NCBI GenBank assembly: GCA_963924565.1
Contig: OZ004609.1
Span: 32,116,001-32,180,000 of the forward strand
DNA from: Ascidiella aspersa
Taxonomy: Eukaryota
Direction: 5' to 3'
DNA: 64,000 nucleotides
A program made the position numbers and the translations under genes. The notes beneath the pieces were generated by a model. That model was not told where the DNA came from, ran no database searches, and saw nothing but the letters and a program-made list of their open reading frames with translations. This document shows, piece after piece, positions 27,486-39,746 of this stretch (within the stretch, counting starts at the first letter, position 1; every line of letters begins with the position of its first letter).

Positions 27486-30400
27486 TGTTTTTTTTTGGCG
27501 TATTTTACACAAATAGACAACTTTTTACGCGATACTAACACACAATGAACAACACTGTAAAAGAAACGAGGGATGTTAAAGCACCTAATATATATTTGTT
27601 TTTCTTCCTTTATTAAACAAACAGTCTAATCTACACGTTTCAGCCTGAACATGGCTTCTCAAAATCATTTTCGTCTGTTGATGCCCATGTCTCTTCAGGT
27701 CTTGGAATCCGATGCGAGTTAAAAGGCATATTTGCAAAGCACTATAATATAAAGTTCACTAAACAAAGTGTAACACTAACTCTATCCAGCTCAGAATCCC
27801 AGGTACTCAAATTCTGACCGCTGAAGATTCAACATTACCAGCAATCAATAACACTTTTCCTTGTCTTTTTTTGCACATATACGTGATCAATGGGTTTCGC
27901 CAACACGTGGCACGTAACCGAAAAATGTCCAGTCGCGAGCCAGAACGACACTTTCAGTAAAAACTGACAGGTTAATGAAGACAGTGCTTTCCTGTTAGGG
28001 CGATTATATCGTGCGCTCAAGATAAGTAATGTATGATCGATTAGTCAACAAGATACAACTATTTTGAACGACCTTTTTACTGCAAACAAACGCCCTTCTG
28101 GGCAGACTACCTATTAGCCAGGCTTGCCAAAGCATAAATAGATGCCTTAAAATAACCACTTAAACTTATATAGCGTTGTGTGAGTTCTTTCGAATTACTG
28201 ACGGCTTCCTGTGTTAAACTTAGGCCAAAGTCAAAACTGTCACAGCGAGTGCATTTAGCAGTACTTTGTTAGGAAATGTGTGTTTATAAATAACCAGGCG
28301 AGTGAAAAGGGGGCTATTCATACTGGTTTGCGTTGAAACAAGAAAACATTTGTGCTCTATTTGTACGCCGCATTTGTTACACGAAAATTGGTTAACTTGA
28401 GTGTACGACATGAATTTTTAAATGTGAGAGGATTTTCTAACTGGAATAAACTTACACCTAAACGAACAAAAATCGCAGCAAAAGCATCTAAGATCGCACA
28501 GCAATGCAGCATGTAGCCAAAGTGTAGGAACTAAATCTCTAAAATACAAGAGGGGGTCTTTTGAATGCAACAGCTCAGAACATTAACCACAAACAGCTAA
28601 AAAATGCCCAGCATTCTAAGCCATTTGTAGTCGGATGGCGAAACGAATGGGTCGCGTGCGGCGAATAACTCGCGTAGACGCCTGTATGGCATCCCTCCTC
28701 TAGCATTCTCGCCTCTCGGGAAAAGGCATCGATTCCAGATTGCTGTCCGTCGCATCATAGTTGCGCCGCAGACTAATAGCGCAAGTCCCAAGGTGCTCGT
28801 TCCTTCCAGATGCAATCAAGCAATTTAATTTGCCCACCATCGATCCGCAATTCATCCAGAGCATCTCCTCTCGCCCGCTCGCCTCTTCAAGAGACATGAG
28901 ACAAGACGATGACGGATAGGCCTGTGAAGGCGCTCTTGGGGGCCGTAAAACCGCACTTCGGAACAAACAACTAGAGATGAGCGATTGAACTGCACATCTT
29001 GCATGAACGGAGACGGTTTTCAACTCTTTTTCGCGGCAACGAAAATCCTGTGTCCTGTTATTCTCGTAAGGAAGATTTAAGAGGTAATTTCAATATTGAT
29101 GCTTGCGGTTGTTTTTACTGCATAACACGACACATGCTGACACCTAAGACTTGGGCAAAGACGTTGTGCGTGGCAATGTTTTGATTTTTAAAATCTTAGG
29201 GTGTATCTTTTACGGTACCCTCCCCCACCACCCCGAAGTGGTTTACCTTTTCAAATTTAGGTTTTCAAAGGTTGTAGGACCTTTGTTTTAGTGAAATACA
29301 GCATAAAACCACACCTTTAAGAATAACACTACAAAGCAGTACATTTTGTTCCAAATTGCCAAACAAATTGCTCTAAAGTAGCAGCTGCTGAAGAATACAA
29401 AGAAAGTGTCACAAAAAAATGCTCAAACATAAAGTCCCTCGCCTATCTAAAGCAGCAAACGGGCTCGCTTGACACACGCTGTTTCGCGCTTTGCAGCACA
29501 ATTGCAGCAGTACGGGGGGGGGGGGGAGAGACGGTCCACGAAACAACAAATGCGTTCCAAAAACGGCCCAAATGCTCACCGTCAAATTGGCGCTTTCGCG
29601 TTTTGTTTGATTGGCGATCTCGCGCGCAAACAATGGCCGGGCAACCTAATTCAAGCACTCTCATCTTGCCGGGCGCACACCGGGAAGACTTGAGCTAAGC
29701 AAGCGGCAAACTTGGACAGCGGGCCACTCGAGATAACTAGTCTGCTGTCGGCGCCAGACCACTCGCATATTGCAAACATTTAGGGCTAGGCGAGCCAACG
29801 GTAGTATCACTGCCAAATCCTCTACTAACCCTCCATGGACTATTGCTGGATAGGTTGAATATAACTTGGCTGAATGCCAGAACCACAGACACTAATAACT
29901 TTAGTAACCTAAAATTGAATAACTAACCATTGAACAACCACGTTTTTACGAGGTTTGAGTTGAAATTCTAACGGTCTTAATTTAGTATTTTGCTTAATTT
30001 TAGTATTTTCCATGCGAAAGTGTACAGGAAAAATAAAGGGTTATAATTCAATAACATTAAAGCGGCTATTTCACACAACCATCGCAAAACTTAGTCCCTA
30101 GATTTTGTAAAATTGCTCACAACTGTCTACAAATTGAGCTGTTACTTCTCATACTGGTCTCAATGCATTCTCGCCTTACAAGATTTTACTGCACAAAAAC
30201 TGGCCCTTCTGTTTCTCACCGCTTTACGAGGCACGCGGGGGCAAAACAATGGTCAGACTGACCGACGCTCTCGCTAGCCCAGTTGTTTTAAACGACACGG
30301 CGGCAATCAGCGGACTGTCAACACCGTTTTAATCGCCCCGTGCAATTTCCGCGCGTTCGCTCCTAATCCCTTCGTGCCTTTCGCGCCGGAGTGCCATGGC

Positions 30401-31904
30401 AAGTGAGTAAATGAACGCGTTAGCTGTCGTCGAACCGGGAATCCTTTATACGATGATTGCAGCAGTCGGTTTTACCTGCTCGTTCTGCGAACTTGGCTGT
30501 TTTGAGACAAAACGTTGTGTGCGGGGACAGCAGCGTAAACAGATTAGAGCTTAAAGTAAACACAAAACGAACGAAGCAACTCCGGCCATATTAACACTTG
30601 ATAACAGAGTGAACTCGAAGTAACCGCATAAGATGCTATCCAAGCAAGTTGGCATGAAAACTAGTATGACGAAAACGTTCACCAACGCTTATAAAAGTGC
30701 CTACCTACTAAAACCACTCGATATGGTTTTGCGTAATGTTGGGCATTTGCCTTTAAGTGTAACACTGTCTAAATTGTCTCAAAATCGCCTGATGCTTTAT
30801 TAACTCATCTCTGCATTTCACAGTAGCAACTGAGCTTAACACACATACTGCGTTGGTAACCTGCTGCAAACCGAGCAGCCACTAACACTACTAGACTTCT
30901 ACAATAATTGGACACGGAAAACGCCGCTCCGGGTGGCTTCTCTCTGGCACAATACGTCTCAGCCCGGCTTTACTCGAAACATAAAGAACACGGGGAAAAA
31001 AGGGAGTATCGCTCTCAGTAACGCTAGCAGAGAAAAGGCAGGCATGTCACGCTGCGCTGGACGATTACTGCGATCAATCTTACAAATCTGTAGCCTGGGC
31101 TTAACCCGCTTGTTCTGCATAGTGCAGCGCCACACTAATACCCTTGATTCATCATGACTACTTAGATTATGAAGAACCCGACCAGGGAAATTCGCACAGC
31201 GGCCCACGCAAAACAGCCATGCTAATCTTCCAAGCGCGTACGACCGTACGTATTCCAGGGCCCGACACTTGTTTGCTTATTTAAATCTGCACGTTTGCCG
31301 AATACGACTTGCCGCCGGGTCACGGAATAACTGTAAAAGTTACAGTGGCACGACCGCAGCGCGACAGGCAACGTTTCCAAATGGCAATAAAATGAATGCG
31401 GTATTTTTTGCTTATGCCGCGTTGACGTGTTTGCAAGTATACCAGCTTGTCAAGATTAACGGGGCTTGGCAGTTGCCTATACTTTCTATTGCGTAATGCG
31501 AATTTTCCGATGTTTGACCGACACTGAAATCGTTGTGGTGCCTTACAGTGCCATTCTGGCTTTAATTGCATTCGCAACAAACACAATAAGCGTCCGTTGC
31601 GAGTTGAATGTAAAGGTGCTTTATGCAACTTCATCACTTTGTGTCGCCAATTGTTTTGAACTAAATAAACGACTTAAAGTGGTCCAGCATCTGAAAGTAA
31701 AACCTAAGCAGTTACGTTGAACCAGGAAAAAACGATATACAAAACGGGATGGGTGAAATTTAGTCCACTATTGACAATAATAGCCATTTACTCAAAATAC
31801 AACAGTGCAAGTACCCAGTAACAATAATTTTTTCTCATATTAATTAAAAAACGAAATCCTATGGTTCAAAAACAATTATCATAAAACATGCATTTAACAC
31901 ACAA

Positions 31905-32845
31905 TAAAGTTGTAATTGATCTTCCTAAACGCAGCTACGATTAGGCCTAGAACTTTAAGCTACCGGAAAGCTTTCAATAAATTTTAAACAAAACCTCTAT
32001 ATAAATCAACAACTAATGTAAACATTTTGTTTTAAAAAACAACATCATTCTAGTACAAGTTACGACAAATAACTGGGAATACAACGGTCGTAATTAATCT
32101 TACTGAACGCACCTACGATTAGGCCTAAAACATTAAGCTACAGCAAAGCTTTAAATATATATTTTAACTAAACCACTCTATAATCAGTAAGTAATGTACA
32201 TATTTTTTTGTAGAAACAACATGATTCTAGTAAAAATTACGACAAATACTTTAGAATACAACAGTGGTAATTATTCGGCGCTCTTTCACTATTGTACGTA
32301 AAAATTAATAAAAATTTTTTTTTCTTGAAATGCCGCATACCACAACGCATTTTGTTTGGGTTAGGGTGCGGGTTAGCGTTTGGTTGAGGGTGGGTCAAGT
32401 TATTATTAATAATAAACATAATATTACTTGACCCACCCTCACCCAAACGCTAACCCAAACAATATGCGTTGTGGTATGCGGTATTATTATTTATTTTTTT
32501 TGCATAATTTTTCACGTACAATAGTGAAAGAGCGCCAAAACGTTAAGCTACAGCAAAGCTTTGAATAAATATTAAACTAAACCACTCTATAATCAAGGTA
32601 AACATTTTCTTGTAGCAAACAACATGATTCTAGTACAAATTAAAACAAAATGACTTGGAATACAACGGTCGTAATTAATTTTGCTGAACGCAGCTACGAT
32701 TAGGCTTAAACGTTTAATTACAGCAAACCTTTGAATAAATGTTAAACCACACCACTTTTCAATGAATAACTAATGTAAGCATTTTCTTGTAGAAAACAAC
32801 ACGATCCTACTAAAAATTACGACAAATAACTTGGAATACAACGGT
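31905..32845. repeat. Tandem array of ~178-bp units (~4 copies)
   Basis: ACGCA(G/C)CTACGATTAGG recurs at 31929, 32107 and 32688. The block ATTCTAGTA..TTACGACAAATA..GAATACAAC recurs in four variants. Confidence 0.92.
32277..32536. mobile_element. Foldback/palindromic MITE inserted in the tandem array
   Basis: ~115-125-bp inverted arms (GGCGCTCTTTCACTATTGTACGT...ACGTACAATAGTGAAAGAGCGCC) with a short AT spacer and telomere-like GGGTTAG motifs. Confidence 0.88.
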
Positions 32846-34190
32846 TTAAACACTCAGACAAAAGTAAACTCTAATCACAGCACTTTCAAACCTTGTTTTT
32901 CTTCAAAAATTCCGCCTCGAATAAGCTCATTATGCAAACGGCACAATCACCTTTGTGACGCAACCCAACGAGAGCCAATCAGCGGCGTCTGCCTCAAGTA
33001 GCGGGCAAAAAACTTCCAGCGGAAGAATTGATCAGCCGTTTTAAACTTGAAGGCTAATTACTGTTTTGCTAGAGAAAACTGCCGCTGTAGATGAGCCGTA
33101 TTATTGCACTGAGACAGCAACAAACAGCTGATCAGGAATTGGGTTAGGCTTTGGGCTACAAGTGTGCTATTTTTCCTCGTTTCGAAAATAAGATTTGCAA
33201 AACAACCTTGCGCGTGGATCAAGTAGACAAAGTGCTGATGACACAACTGACAAAAACAACTTCGTCATTGACTGGCTACAATTTCAAACTCACTATGCCA
33301 ATTGGAGCAAGGTGTGATGTTTTTATTGCTTAATGCAGAGTTAAAATTTAAACCACTAACACCAATCTGTTGATAACCATTAATATTATAAAAGCCAAAA
33401 TAAAATATAAAATTGTAAATAAAAGTATTTTTTTGTGTATTGTATTCTATGTCATTATAACGTTTCTTACCACATTTTTAAATATAGCATAAGTATTTGC
33501 ATAAAGTAATATGTAAATGTAGAAAATGCAGATTATATTTATTTCTTTTGATCATCTTTTATATTGAGGATTTAAATTGATCCTGCTCTTTAGGAGAATG
33601 GAGGGATTTGGTGTTTTGTTTGTCGGCTATAGGTGTAGCACTGTTTTTTTATCACCTTTAGGTCAGGTGTAAGCCCATAGATCTCGATTAAGTCTAAGAC
33701 TTATTAGCTCGCCGAAAAACAAAAATGCCTATTATTAGTTGCGGCAAACGTCTGGATTCATTGTTAAATAAAATAGGCGTAGCTCGGACACGCATCAACA
33801 TATTTAAAATTAATCTTTTTGAAGGACCCTGCCCTTAAGATTTGAGCCATATTTACTGTCGAGGTCCCCAAATATGGTAAAGCGGTATTTTGAACGAATC
33901 TTGTCCGGACAAAGACAAAACCACCACCCTCTATTTTAACTATACACCACCTGATATATAAATAGGTTAAACTCTGCGCCGAGCATTGCTGCAACGTGCA
34001 AGTTCTGTCAAGGTTTATTTGGCCAATAAACAGAACATCTTCCACAGCTAACCGCGCGTGCCCGGAAACAACGATTATATCGCCGCAGTCCGACTTGCGG
34101 AAAAAACATTAGAAGCAACGTGTCTATGAGCGAGAAGCTTGTGTCAGATTTGGCAGATTTAAAATCAATCAACAGTATATTCGTTTAAAC

Positions 34191-34428
34191 CAGTGGTCAC
34201 CAATTTTTTTTCATAAAGGGCCGGACAACTGTGTAATATATAGGGACTGGTGATCGCTGGCCGGATAACGTTAAGTATTGACGATCGCTGGCCGAAAAAT
34301 TCAGTTTATATTTTTTCCCGACAAAATTTCTGTTTAGAAATTAATAATAACCGTATTTCAGCCTCTTTAAGGAGGCATACTGCGGGCCGGGAGAATTAAC
34401 TCCGCGGCCGTAGTTTGGGTGACCCTTG
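34191..34428. mobile_element. Charlie/Buster-like hAT MITE
   Basis: CAGTGGTCACCAA...TTGGGTGACCCTTG ends, GGGCCGG subterminal motifs, left flank gtttaaac. Confidence 0.7.
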
Positions 34429-35119
34429 TTCCACGTAATAATCCAATGATATTTATTGTAATGTAATGATGGCACCGATCAAACTAAACGAATATCAAGA
34501 AAGGTGATGGAAATGAGGTAAACATGTCATACGATCTAAGGGTTGCAACCCACTGCTCTAAAACTAATTACAAGTTTATCGTTTGTTAAATAACAACAAA
34601 ACAAAAAGGCTGATAAAAGTAAACTGGTATTGAATCAGCTACTATCAACAAATGTTAAAATGGTTATAATTAAGGCGGAAAGCAGAAGGTGAAATAAGAC
34701 GGCGGGAAATGGCCGGTGAAATAGGAACCCACAGGCCTCGCTGGTCAACCTAAATCCGCACCAACGGAAATACCAGCTTGTTTTGTAAGACACGATTGTC
34801 CAAAGATTTGCATTTTTTCTATTATAAGGCTGTTGCACCCGCAGGCTCAACGGCTGCGTCCTAAGATTTACATTTTCTTTTTGTTGTCCACTAAAGAGAA
34901 ATATCCGTCCAGCTGTCGGGCATTAAACCGCGCCTACCAGCATATTTGGTATGTCTGTTTTCCTATACTGCTAAACCAAAGCTGGATAATCGTCAAATTC
35001 AGGAGAAACATCCGCGAGATAAAGCTGGAACTGCGTCATTGAAACACGCGAATTTCCGTTTCTCAATTAACTGTAAATTTTTCTGTCGTCAACATAAATG
35101 CATTACTTCTTTGTTTTTG

Positions 35120-35125
35120 TTTATT
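35120..35125 (-). terminator. Candidate polyadenylation signal (AATAAA) for ephrin paralog 2
   Basis: AATAAA on the minus strand about 0.93 kb after the stop codon; not verified by transcript data. Confidence 0.35.
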
Positions 35126-36056
35126 AATATTTTTTGTCAAGGTTTTTTTGTAAGGAGGGGGAAAAAGTAAAAGGTAGGCGTAACACTCAACACTTGGCGG
35201 AGGCAGCATGGGCGCAAGACAGTGGTTAGGAAAAAAAGAAAAGAAATAAAACGAACGCAAAAACGTAATCAAAACGAAAATGGTGTACCAATTGCACCGG
35301 CGGCATACAGCAAGCCTTCGGAGGGGTCTAGAAACCAACGATTAGGTTTGACGGACCCCATAGTCGTACAAGAATGCACACACACAAAAACACGAAGACA
35401 AAACTGCAAGACCAGAATATGTCGTAGCATCCCTCGGCCTTTTATGAAAGAACTTGCGTCAGGAGTTGATCACGTTCACCGGGCTGATTGTTTTGAGCAA
35501 GGTTGTCGCGCTGACGTCACGACGGGGCGTCATGCACGATTGCACATGGGTCGTTGACGGTTTCGCACGGTTTAAGATTCTGTAAATCAAAAGATAGAAA
35601 AGTTAGTTGCTGTAGTTGTTGTGTTATGCTGCATGTACTTTTCATAACATAGAACAGATATAGAACTACAAATGAAAGCTATACAGTTTACCAGCTACGT
35701 TTAAAGTTGAACTTCATTCATTTTAGCAATGTCAACCATAAAAGCTTTAAATTTCTATATCGGTTTAATATGTTGGTCAAATGTTTTAAACTAAATTAGA
35801 ATCGAAAAAAAAACGCTTCTTACCGATTGCATATATCCTTCCTCGATTGATGCTTGGAACCTTGTGTTGTCGGAGGGATTCGCAGCGAACAGGCAAGAGA
35901 TAGTTATGGAGGGAAAGAGAGATTGAAAATAGCAGCAGAAGTACAATCCACAGTGAAACATCGTCGCGCGCGTCACGGAGAGACGGGGGTTTAACCGCTC
36001 CCCGGGGCTTCAAAACCCTCATTTCAAGTTCATTTTTCGACGAAAATTACCGAAAA

Positions 36057-36412
36057 TTACGCGACGACGATTCTCATCAGGACGAACGACGACAGAATCG
36101 AGACGAAAAACTGCAACCGCGAGATAGCGCCAAGCGTCGTCGCCGAGTTGCCAGGCGTAGTAGCGGTCTGGGCAACCTTCATAACGTACGGGTAGCTGTC
36201 AGAAAGCTGGTGTTGTACGTCGAGCGGGTTCATTATCTTGGGCACGAGCACGGTGGAAGGGTTCTGCTTGCCTCGGCGGTGGTTCTGCATACGGTGGATA
36301 AAGTCCTGGACGGCGTCGAGTTCAAGTTGTGGAGCTTCTGTGGTTGTGGTAGTGGTGAACTCGGTTGTGGCAGTTGTGGTTGTGGTAGTGATCTTTTGGG
36401 GTTTGTTCTCTT
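36057..36412 (-). CDS. Efna: Ephrin-A paralog 2, terminal exon 5 (Thr-rich stalk + GPI-anchor signal)
   Basis: attaacag|AA ... TAA at 36057. It encodes EENKPQKITTTTTTATTEFTTTTTTEAP...TPGNSATTLGAISRLQFFVSILSSFVLMRIVVA*. A small-residue omega-like site (GNSA) is followed by a hydrophobic C-terminus with no cytoplasmic tail, which indicates class A. Joined CDS is 107+161+129+78+356=831 nt, 276 aa. Confidence 0.92.
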
Positions 36413-37319
36413 CTGTTAATACAAAAGAAATCGGTAAGATTTTGGAATTTCACGCATTTTAAGTACAAATAATCCTATAAATCTAAAGAAAATATTTTAT
36501 TGAGTGGACGGACAATTAACAGCTAATCCCGGACACTGTAGTTAACGTTTTACTAGTGATGTGATATTGTGCGAATTTTTAGTACCTCTAAGTTCCTGGA
36601 GTATTTTTAGATCTTTTCAGACAAAATTAAACGCCCGCTGCTAATCTTACTCGGGTCACGTTTTGTTTTTCGACCTTTTCGCGTTGGCCACTCGACCGAC
36701 GGGAAAATTAGGCTTTTTAAGGTACCAGGTGAAAAATAATCGCCCGACACCCGACAGCTAAAAGCTATCATCTCGAACGTGTAACTACCGGGTTTCGTGA
36801 AGCGTCGATGTTGGAAAATTAGCCTTGCAAATGCTGTATCGGCGCGTAACAGTCGGCAAGTCACAATGTTCCCGACTGATCGCTTAATTGCACACTGTAG
36901 CTTTACGCGCTGGCCCGTGTTCCGCCGACCGCAGCGATCTATTTATAAGCTTTAGCGGTGCTGGTGTGTTTTTTTCTTTCGGTAAACACACAAACACTAT
37001 GATGGGTTTGATAGAGAATCGACCGGCGAAAGCGCGTTCATTGTGCCACATTGTTTCCAGTTAATACGCCGCCGTTGTTGTATACGAGAGAGGCTTAACG
37101 GGATTTCGAACTTACGCGGCCTTGCCTTAAGCTTTTTCCTTATTTCTGGCGCCTAATCCCGCGACGCGTTTGTTTTGGGAAAGGCGCAAGCGTGAAACCC
37201 CCAATTTACAGCAACACGATCAGTCGACTGGCGCTTTTCTCAGTAAAAGGCGGCTATAGTTTGCTGGGGAAAGGCTATAGTTGCTACAATAGAACACAGT
37301 GTTTTTTTCCAACTCTTAC

Positions 37320-37397
37320 CTTTGCATGCGACCCTGATGTGGATTCGTGTGGTTTCCTTGTTGCATCCGTGACGCTGATGTCGGCCGCGTGGTAGCG
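37320..37397 (-). CDS. Efna: Ephrin-A paralog 2, exon 4 (end of ephrin domain)
   Basis: ttttatag|CG...AAA G|gtaag; 78 nt, phase 1-1; ALPRGRHQRHGCNKETTRIHIRVACK supplies the fourth conserved Cys and the last beta strand. Confidence 0.88.
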
Positions 37398-38009
37398 CTA
37401 TAAAACAAAAAAGAAAAAAAGTTAAAGCGGGGAGCCGAAATCTGCGTCAGCCAGTTGCAAATGCAGCAGCTGCGTCTTGCAACGCCACAAAGGCCTCGCG
37501 AATGTTTACGCTATACAGCACGTTGCTCGGCTTTATCTCGCTGGTCAGAAATATAGAAGACGCGGCTTTCGCGGCCAGCGCTGGGAATTCACTTTCTCCG
37601 AAACTCGGCGCTTGTTTTGACCCAAAACACTTGCCCGTTTGAGGTTTTCGCTGAAGGCCGAGCCCGGGGTGTTTACATTATCTTGGCCTGTTCGCTGACA
37701 AAAGTCGCCCAAAGCAGTAGATGAGAAAGGCGTGTTTAAAACGCATGCATTACCGCGCTAAATCCGGCCAAAGCGGGCTGTGAGTGTCCACAAACAAACC
37801 GACTGCCCAAAAAGGCGAAGGCACGGCCCACTTTTGCGGTTTTTTTCTTAAGCAAAGGCGAAAGTTACCTTTTGTCTAAATTCGTAACGGCGGGAACTAT
37901 TTTTGCACGGGCTTTTCCGCGCTAAAGTGGCTATTGCAAGCATTTCGAATCATCTGTTGGAAAATTTAACGGAAATTACCAAACAGTGATGCAAGGATTT
38001 GAAACTTAC

Positions 38010-38138
38010 CGATGAAGTAATAGTCGGCGCAGTACTGGAAGCGGAATCCGAGTGGTGACGGGCTGATTGTCTGGAACTTTAGAGTCAACTTGTTCTCGCG
38101 TTCTGGCTTGTTGCAAGCGAACAGAAACTTTCCCCGAC
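38010..38138 (-). CDS. Efna: Ephrin-A paralog 2, exon 3 (G-H loop region)
   Basis: tttccag|GT...ATC G|gtaagt; 129 nt; GRGKFLFACNKPERENKLTLKFQTISPSPLGFRFQYCADYYFI, matching the ephrin signature C.KP....K.T.KFQ..SP.PLG..F....YY.I. Confidence 0.95.
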
Positions 38139-39585
38139 CTGGAAACGAAAAAACATTTAAAAAAAATTGGCACCAAAGCACAAATAAATACAGCTCTTTT
38201 TCTCTGAGAGAGGAGGTTTTTGTTAGCTCGTTTGCTCTCGCACTCGTTTAAAGCAAACAGCCTACGATTTACAAAAGAAACAGGATCGTTTGTTTGCTTT
38301 GAAACGCATCTCGGATTGCGTCACCCCCAAAAAACTAAGCGATTTAGCGACAAAGCGCGACGCGTTTTTGCGAAGTGGCTGAAACGCGACTAAAGTGATT
38401 CTATTGACCCAAACCATCGGTGACACCTCGGCGTTATTGTCCCGAAGCATTAGCGCCGGGTGAGGTGGCGAAACACGATTAGTTGTCGTCGCCAATTAAC
38501 TGGCCAAACAGGGAAACCAGATAGGCGCGCGATTGGCATAAAGGCAAACAGACAAACATTAGCCGATGAGGTGGTGGAGATTGTCTTGCCGGCGCGACCT
38601 GGCGATCGCTTTCTAGCAGGTAGTTTTTTTATAAGTCGTGGTATGCAAAATGCAGGTGAATCATCGTTACATTTCCTGTCGCGTTAATTGGCTTTTCTCA
38701 TATCCGACTTACAACTTTCGCGTGGTACCTTTCACAAGTGACAAACACCTCTCCAATGCATTTGAAAACGCCCACCCGCCTAACAGAACGGCGAGTAATT
38801 TGTTTATCCAACACACGGATAATCATGTGTCGGCTTTAATTGGCGTGTAATGTTGCGCCGCTTTTGATTCCGGGTGATTCGCACTTGCGCTGAATCACCT
38901 GGCTAAGAATCCTATTTTTTGTCTAGTTTCTTTAACAGGAGTTATACAGTCAAAATACAATACGCAAATGCGGGAACAGATCAGCGCGATTAGTCAAGAC
39001 GCCATTTGAAACACGGCAAAATAGGGCGTTTTCAAGCGACATATTTGCAAGCAATTAGCGCTAGTTCGCTTCGGCGAAAAATCGGTACTTCCTGTAAATG
39101 ATTGATTATATCGAACGGATCGTCATACGTTGGAAAGGCAACAAAAGTACCCATAGGCTCCCGGGGACTTTACCTAGGCCGCCGCAACTGTCGCGCCGGC
39201 GGAAGGGATCTTTCCCAAGTGGGCGTAAATACGTGACACGGAAATAACGCGACCCCCCTGTCGAACAAAGCTTTGCCAGATATCGACTTCGCATTGACCA
39301 CAGCTGCCGTTGGAAGACGTGAACATCGATTACTAAGCTACGAACGTAATGCTTTACATGTCCGGTTGAAATTCAACCCAGTTCCTACTTTTAATCATCG
39401 ACTTGTGCTTTGCTTTGACCGGTTTAAAAGAATAAGAAACCGTTTTAATTATGACTTCTAACGCTTGTCGCATACCTTGACTAGTTTATACTACAATATT
39501 GGATCACTTGATGCAAATAACCCCTTTAAATCAGCCAAGCAGTCTGGCTTAAAGGCTCGCCTATTATGTATGCTCGAAATCTTAC

Positions 39586-39746
39586 CGTTTAGGCCGCACT
39601 GCTTGTACTCGTCATGGGTGACGTTAAACAGATCGAATTTGCTGGGTTCTTTGCGTCCGATCATACTCATGAGGCTCTTCTGGGGACACAGGATGTCCAT
39701 GAAGTCGCCAATCTTCACGTGCTGAACGTGTTCCTCCTTTCTTAGC
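39586..39746 (-). CDS. Efna: Ephrin-A paralog 2, exon 2
   Basis: tttcttcag|G...AAC G|gtaag; 161 nt; LRKEEHVQHVKIGDFMDILCPQKSLMSMIGRKEPSKFDLFNVTHDEYKQCGLN. Confidence 0.95.

Noticed and set aside
32357-32376. Interstitial telomere
   Set aside because: Only about two degenerate TTAGGG-like units, embedded in the foldback arms.
31905-32845. CRISPR-like array
   Set aside because: The whole 178-bp units repeat with no unique spacers, there are no cas genes, and the DNA is eukaryotic.
34794-34805. Partial resemblance to miR-219 (also a miR-9-like word at ~52215)
   Set aside because: These are short chance matches with no flanking precursor hairpin.
27555-36056. Ephrin pair as a tunicate-type operon
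   Set aside because: Several kb of motif-rich and repeat-containing spacer separate the genes, which is unlike abutting operon genes.
36210-36462. Plus-strand Cys/Gly- or Val-rich ORFs (metallothionein-like CGCGS)
   Set aside because: They are antisense shadows of the Thr-rich ephrin exon.
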